Virus record (IMG/VR): IMGVR_UViG_2690316068_000002
DNA length: 64,000 nucleotides
DNA from: a virus
Lineage: Duplodnaviria > Heunggongvirae > Uroviricota > Caudoviricetes
Reading direction: 5' to 3' (one strand)
The translations under genes and the position numbers were made by a program. Shown here piece by piece: positions 58,777 through 64,000 of this stretch. Below the pieces are notes generated by a model. It saw nothing but the letters and a program-made list of their open reading frames with translations, was not told where the DNA came from and did no database searches. Within the stretch, counting starts at the first letter, position 1; every line of letters begins with the position of its first letter.

Positions 58777-59520
58777 TTACCATGTTCCCCATATAGGGTT
58801 TTCCAATAATCTCGCCTCCAACGAATTGGCTACTATTGCCGTTTGCAACGTTGGTTGGGGATAGTTTGCAAAGTCTGAATACTCATTTTCCTGCGTGACA
58901 CGTTTATCTGCGGCATGTTTAACACCACTTGCTATGAAATGACGCATGATGCCCAATAGCCTCCGACTGTCTGCACTATCGTTTGCTAAAACATGAGGGA
59001 GCTGAAGTTCGATTTCTACCATTTCTCCATACTTACCAACAAACTGTAGTTTGTCCGCACTGTACTTTTTATCCCTCCTTTGGATAAGGAAACCAGTAAA
59101 AGCATCACCTGGCGATGCCAAACTATCCACCCGCTTATTGGCAAGTCGAATAAGGTTCGTGAAAGCCATACAGTGATGCGCACCCATTCCCCCAAAGAAC
59201 CCTTCGCTATTAATGTTAAGATCTTCAGTTTCATGGGATGCAATAAACCCAGGCCCGACGTTGGGAAGATATCCCCCCTCAACAAAAGGATTAATCAGGA
59301 TCGGCGCAATACATCCAGGTGGTAGTGATTTCAAACTTTGCATCAATGGCGTCTCGGATATTAGACCAAGCAACGCGGCGAATTGTACTCCGTCAATATT
59401 GTTGCTGCCCCACAGAATACGTGGAGCCGCACCATTGGAAGTATGCCCATTGATCAGTTTTATCGACTGCATCACTGCAAATACCTGCAAAAACTGCGAG
59501 CGGCTTAATTTAAACGACAT
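58777..59520 (-). CDS. Hypothetical protein
   Basis: 247 aa ORF between resolvase-like and SbcC-like genes. Confidence 0.45.
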   Translation of the reverse strand: MSFKLSRSQFLQVFAVMQSIKLINGHTSNGAAPRILWGSNNIDGVQFAALLGLISETPLMQSLKSLPPGCIAPILINPFVEGGYLPNVGPGFIASHETEDLNINSEGFFGGMGAHHCMAFTNLIRLANKRVDSLASPGDAFTGFLIQRRDKKYSADKLQFVGKYGEMVEIELQLPHVLANDSADSRRLLGIMRHFIASGVKHAADKRVTQENEYSDFANYPQPTLQTAIVANSLEARLLENPIWGTW

Positions 59521-61426
59521 AGCTGCGCCCCTCTTTAACTTCCAGCGTAATAGTTTCCCGGAACCATGACTTCATCTCTTTATGGGAGATAATCAGCACA
59601 GTACCTCGCTCGCGAGCTTTGGACTCCAGAATACCCATGAGACGTTCAAGACCGGCTGTATCGAGTGCATCGTCAATTTCGTCGCCGATAAACAAATCGA
59701 TGTTTTTACTCGCCCGGTTACTAACCAGATCCTGCAATGCCAAAGAACACGCAATGCGAACCTTCCGCTTCTCACCACCAGAGAGGGTTTGGAACGACTT
59801 ACTTGAACCTTTCTTCTGCACACTAATGTTGAATTTGTCGCGATACTCACCTTTTTTAGTGACATCCATCGTCGACCACTCAGCAGTAATATTCCCGTCA
59901 GACAACGTATTGAGATACTCGGCAGTGCGTGTATTCAGGAAAGGCGTAACAGACGTCAAAATATGAGAACGCACCCCGGCAGGAGAGTAGACCTGACGAG
60001 CTTTTTCCAATAGCAACGTTTGTTCCTGAATAGCCTTTAACTCATCTTTTAAGGACTTGAAGGTAGACTTACTGGATACCAAGTTATCTTCGTGTCTGGC
60101 GATAAGAGCAATAAACGGATTAATCTCTTTTGATATACGATCGACCTCAGTACGAGCACGAGTCACAAGAGACTCAATAGCAACAACCTCCTTCTCACGA
60201 TGACGCAAAGATGAGAGTTGTTTCGTAAGCTCTTCAATCCGGGCAATGATAGCCGTTACATCAGGTGTCGTTTTAACAAGGGCAGACTCAATGCTTAACG
60301 CTTTCTCAAGATTCGTTTTGTGTTTAGCCATTGCCTCTGCAAGTGTCTTCGCCTGACCAATTTCCTGACGTGCTTGTTCAATGAAATTCTCCTTCACCGT
60401 TGATAGATCTTCTTCGCAGTAGGCTTTGCCACAAGTAGGGCATGGTGATCCCACTTTAGTACCAACCTCTTCTGCTTTGGTCTTAAAATTACGCGCGCGG
60501 TTCATTGCATCAGCCTGACTATTTTCTGTAGCTTTGATGCTTGCCCGAATATCAGTTATCGCACCACGAACTTTGAGCAACTTGGCGTCATGTTCTTCTT
60601 TTGAGGCTAACTTTTTGCGCTCACTTTCGATTGCCTTCTCGGTATCACGTATCTGTTCGGGAAGAGTGCGGATCTCAAGTTCAACTTCCGTTAACTCAAC
60701 TTCGGCACTGGCCAGCCCAGCCAGGGCATCGTCATAACGTTTAGAACGCTCTTGCTCCCATGATTCAGAGGAGGCTTTCGCTGACTCAATTTCTGACTGT
60801 GTTGCCTCAATGGTCGAGATTGTCGACTCCAATTTGGTTTTAACCACATCCATACGTGCGGCAGCTGCATTAGCTCGCTCACGAGCAATAGCGTAGGCGC
60901 GTGTCAGTCTGTCAACGCCAGCGGCTTCTTCTACGATGGTTTTGAGGTTTTTGTCGGACATTCCAGGTAAATCTGGCATAGCTTCTTGGCTCGCATAGAT
61001 GGAAGCCATGAAAACCTCTTTAGATGCACCGATCAGACGCTCGACGAACTCCTGCGTCAGCGCATCTTTGCCTTTCGTCATATCGCCATCTTCACCACGA
61101 ACGATAAGACGATTTTTGAACTCTTTGTGTTTACGGTGACGAATGATTGCGTATCTCTTGCCTTCATCCTCGATGGTTACTGCAACACGACAGTTCTTTT
61201 CATGGTCGGTAGACAACACATCGTCACCCTTCACACCATGAGCTGTTTCGCCATAAAGACACCACATCAGGCTATTCATTAGAGTTGACTTTCCAGAGCC
61301 ATTACTTGATGCGGAACTATCATCACTATTAACACCCTGAATGAGCACTAAACCACGCTGATCTAACTCGACCTCCGCGCTGGCGATAGCCATAAAATTC
61401 TCAACCTGGAGTTTTAAAAACTTCAT
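59510..61426 (-). CDS. SbcC/Rad50-like recombination ATPase
   Basis: 638 aa; N-terminal Walker A (NGSGKST), long coiled-coil with central CxxC hook (CPTCGKAYC), C-terminal signature LSGGEKRK and Walker B DLFIGDEID. Confidence 0.8.
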   Translation of the reverse strand: MKFLKLQVENFMAIASAEVELDQRGLVLIQGVNSDDSSASSNGSGKSTLMNSLMWCLYGETAHGVKGDDVLSTDHEKNCRVAVTIEDEGKRYAIIRHRKHKEFKNRLIVRGEDGDMTKGKDALTQEFVERLIGASKEVFMASIYASQEAMPDLPGMSDKNLKTIVEEAAGVDRLTRAYAIARERANAAAARMDVVKTKLESTISTIEATQSEIESAKASSESWEQERSKRYDDALAGLASAEVELTEVELEIRTLPEQIRDTEKAIESERKKLASKEEHDAKLLKVRGAITDIRASIKATENSQADAMNRARNFKTKAEEVGTKVGSPCPTCGKAYCEEDLSTVKENFIEQARQEIGQAKTLAEAMAKHKTNLEKALSIESALVKTTPDVTAIIARIEELTKQLSSLRHREKEVVAIESLVTRARTEVDRISKEINPFIALIARHEDNLVSSKSTFKSLKDELKAIQEQTLLLEKARQVYSPAGVRSHILTSVTPFLNTRTAEYLNTLSDGNITAEWSTMDVTKKGEYRDKFNISVQKKGSSKSFQTLSGGEKRKVRIACSLALQDLVSNRASKNIDLFIGDEIDDALDTAGLERLMGILESKARERGTVLIISHKEMKSWFRETITLEVKEGRSYVV

Positions 61427-61701
61427 ATAACACCTCTGATACCGTGTGTTAGTTTTTGGCCTTCTTTCAATCTGAACTCCGTATGCGCCGGGAAGGATCT
61501 GCGCCTCAATACGCCTTTTCTGGTTAACCTTCCAAGATAAAACGCTACGGGATTTCCTTGTGGCGGGTAGGGCTTGTGAAACATCACCGTCTGGCCTCGT
61601 TCAAGTCTTTTCATCGTGATGGCAAAGTCTCGAAAGCTCCCATAACGACTTTGCCTCACACAGCCTCCGAACTCTCCGCTTCGGTGAGGATTTCCTGACA
61701 C
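61423..61701 (-). CDS. Small ORF in SbcD-SbcC spacer (doubtful)
   Basis: 92 aa ORF filling the ~230-bp gap between the two genes; basic, Arg-rich. Confidence 0.2.
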   Translation of the reverse strand: MSGNPHRSGEFGGCVRQSRYGSFRDFAITMKRLERGQTVMFHKPYPPQGNPVAFYLGRLTRKGVLRRRSFPAHTEFRLKEGQKLTHGIRGVI

Positions 61702-62741
61702 AAAATATCCAACTTGCTCAGATCAAATCCGCCGTCAGTATCGTGGACAATCTTGCAATAAGCAGATACCGACTCTCCCAGGCTATCGATTTTGCTGGTT
61801 TCCGTTGTGCTTGCTGTCCCTTCCATCATTGATGACTTACGGATGAAGTTGCACACAACACCTTTTGCACCCATTGTTTTGAGGATGTTCTGGTACTTAA
61901 TGCCTTCTTCGTCGTTCTCGATTACGGCGCGGAAACGCACGTAGTTGCCGCGAATTTGGTCATCAGCAACATAATCTTCCAGGTTAATGAATTTAGGCGC
62001 ACTAGTTTCGTAGTGACTAAAACTGCCGTCCGGGTTTACGATCATGTAACCAGCCAGAGAGCCAACATCCCCCCAATTTTGATGGGTCAGTGCACCGACA
62101 CTGATAACTCCAGGAATGACCTCTTTGTGGTTGTGGTAATGCCCACTAAGCACGAGACGAAAGCCGATATCCTTTAACTCCTGCGCATCAATACCGACGT
62201 CAGGCATTGTTGGAATGGCTTTGTTGATGGATGTATGGATAACAACGTCATGGTTATCACCTTCTACGCTCTTACGTAACGTTTTCAGATCGCTGATAAG
62301 CTCCGCATGATTGTTACGCCAGCTAATCAGGTGGACAGTGACATCACCAATTTTTATTGAGTGTGGGCGTTTTCCACATACGATTACCACGCCGATAGAA
62401 CTCAGCGATGCTGCTGCGTTGGCGCTATATACTGAATCGTTGGTTTCAAGATCGTGATTACCGGCCAGCATTACTACTGTCAGATCAAGCTCGTTGATAA
62501 TCCACTTGTACGTTTCAGTTACGTAATGCAGAACAGAAGGGGACACAGTTCCTCGGACGTGAAATGTATCACCGGCAACCAACATGTACTTACAACCAGC
62601 CTTCTTCATGGCGATGGCGGCTTCTTTCGTTGCTTCCAACTGTATTTCAAGTCTGGAGTTAAGCCCCTCAGCGTTCGTCGTGGAGAACGCATCCCATTTG
62701 TGGTAGTGGCAGTCAGAAATGACGCCGTATGGCAAAGTCAT
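61656..62741 (-). CDS. SbcD/Mre11-like nuclease
   Basis: Calcineurin-type phosphoesterase motifs (GVISDCHYH, VAGDTFH, GNHD, GHYH); start placed at MTLPYGV rather than the longer ORF-track extension to 62837. Confidence 0.8.
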   Translation of the reverse strand: MTLPYGVISDCHYHKWDAFSTTNAEGLNSRLEIQLEATKEAAIAMKKAGCKYMLVAGDTFHVRGTVSPSVLHYVTETYKWIINELDLTVVMLAGNHDLETNDSVYSANAAASLSSIGVVIVCGKRPHSIKIGDVTVHLISWRNNHAELISDLKTLRKSVEGDNHDVVIHTSINKAIPTMPDVGIDAQELKDIGFRLVLSGHYHNHKEVIPGVISVGALTHQNWGDVGSLAGYMIVNPDGSFSHYETSAPKFINLEDYVADDQIRGNYVRFRAVIENDEEGIKYQNILKTMGAKGVVCNFIRKSSMMEGTASTTETSKIDSLGESVSAYCKIVHDTDGGFDLSKLDILCQEILTEAESSEAV

Positions 62742-62967
62742 GTGTTTTTCCTTTGTGGTTATTTTGATACAGATATTAAGTGTGTTTGAGAGGCGAACAA
62801 TCCAGATAACACGGCCATTAAGAATGTTCACAGACACATGATTATGGCAAATTCATAGGTAAGTGAATACCTATTTTTATGGGCAGCAAAGATTTCTAGA
62901 TGTTACAAGCCACTCTATAATCGCAGTCACTTAATGATGACAACCAAACGAAAAAGGAGAACTGACG

Positions 62968-63471
62968 GTGAAACGCGTAATTATAGGGACGATGGCCATT
63001 GCTCTGATCGGATGCGTACCAAAACCACCTCAAGATGAAAAGTCAGCTGGCGGGTACGTTGATATTTACTCCACTTCAAGCGTAGCAATTGCCCAAGACA
63101 GAGCCGACAAATTGTGTGGAAGCCATGCCTATTATGTCTCTAACGACAATGATTTAACCAAAGTCATGGGTAGATACGCGCCTTCATTCCCAAAAATCAG
63201 GTTCAACTGTGATCTTGAAATGGCCGCTTATCTGGGCAGCAAAGAGGCAAAGGAGATCAAAATGAAACGCATAGAGGAAGCCTACAAGGAGATGTACAAG
63301 GCCCAATATGAGCTGAAAGAAGTGCGCCGTAAGAACGCTGATCCGAAGAAGCTGGAGTCTTACACAGAACGCGATCCGGACGGTACTATTCGCAGCTACA
63401 GCTTCTTGAATGGCAAGTCGTGCGAATCAATCGTGTACCCAGACGGCACGGGCAAAACGACTTGTGATTAA
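62968..63471 (+). CDS. Putative lipoprotein
   Basis: 167 aa; signal peptide with lipobox (LIGC); plus strand among minus-strand genes; followed by hairpin + T-run. Confidence 0.55.
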   Translation: MKRVIIGTMAIALIGCVPKPPQDEKSAGGYVDIYSTSSVAIAQDRADKLCGSHAYYVSNDNDLTKVMGRYAPSFPKIRFNCDLEMAAYLGSKEAKEIKMKRIEEAYKEMYKAQYELKEVRRKNADPKKLESYTERDPDGTIRSYSFLNGKSCESIVYPDGTGKTTCD

Positions 63472-63485
63472 TTCTTCAGGAGCAC

Positions 63486-63950
63486 CTCGTATGGGGTGCT
63501 TTTTATTTTGGGTCGCGAAACAGCATGTCGGCCATTTGCGAGGATTTGACGTAGCACTTTGCCATCATCGGCTGACTAGGGTTTGATGCGATCATGTCGG
63601 ACACCAGCATTGACCCATAGCCTTTTCCGCGAAGCTCTTTGACAATACTGACGGCACGGAGTTCAAGTCAAGGTGCGCCAGTCGGATCGAGTGCGGCACA
63701 GAACCAGATTAGTCCTACTTTTTGTCATCAGAACGATGCAGCAGGATGTAGATAAAATGCCCGGAGTATTGGCCCCGCTCGTTCGTCTTGATTGCCAGTC
63801 TGGTCTGCTGCTCAAAGGTTTTACCCCCCCTTTGATGTGAGGATCTCTTCGTAGAAGTGACCTTTGCGTGCGCCGTCCTCGAACTCAGCCATGATAAAAG
63901 GCATGTCTGTCACAGTTGCTGCCCTTGAATAAAATTCACTCATGTATTAA
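63486..63950 (-). pseudogene. Disrupted GNAT-family acetyltransferase gene
   Basis: Minus-strand reading gives MSEFYSRAATVTDMPFIMAEFEDGARKGHFYEEILTSKGG then frame changes; downstream frames encode ...LRGKGYGSMLVSDMIASN... (GNAT motif); a C7 homopolymer (63823-63829) sits at the first frame break. Confidence 0.45.
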
Positions 63951-64000
63951 TCCTAAAAGCCCTCAGTGTCTTTCTAATGCACCATATTTTATGCCTCGGT

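Noticed and set aside
1-64000. Integrase/recombinase, repressor or lysis cassette (endolysin plus holin)
   Set aside because: No ORF showed tyrosine or serine recombinase motifs or lysozyme/amidase catalytic motifs; these functions may lie outside the window or among the unassigned small proteins.

Overview
This window reads as one contiguous tailed-phage-like element, almost entirely on the minus strand, interrupted by a pair of host-type housekeeping genes. From the left: a lambda-like tail module (gpM-like protein, a 1530-aa tape measure, G/T-type chaperone pair, Ig-domain tail tube), head genes (decoration protein, capsid, scaffold, portal), large and small terminase, then a GNAT-like/ABC-ATPase pair, two ParB-like proteins and a divergent SF2 helicase. 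An accessory stretch (20.7-30.8 kb) holds AT-rich cargo genes, two clusters of iteron-like direct repeats and a ~1.5 kb ORF-free GT-skewed region. The divergent metG-apbC pair (30.9-34.2 kb) looks like enterobacterial chromosome and is followed by an SOS-box-controlled UmuD'-like gene. The right half carries small early-type genes (a SpoT-type HD hydrolase, a ClpX zinc-finger look-alike, a TerB-like protein, two orphan DNA methyltransferases, RNase H) and a nucleotide-metabolism/recombination block (DnaQ-like exonuclease, nucleotide kinase, DHFR, thymidylate synthase, nrdB, nrdA, RuvC-like resolvase, SbcCD). Two palindromic motif families recur in intergenic regions on both sides of metG-apbC, so both flanks belong to the same element. 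The gene content would fit a large siphovirus or SSU5/pHCM2-like phage-plasmid, but that is a hypothesis. No integrase, CRISPR array, tRNA or known complete defence system was recognised. All calls rest on reading the ORF translations and sequence by eye; no searches were run.
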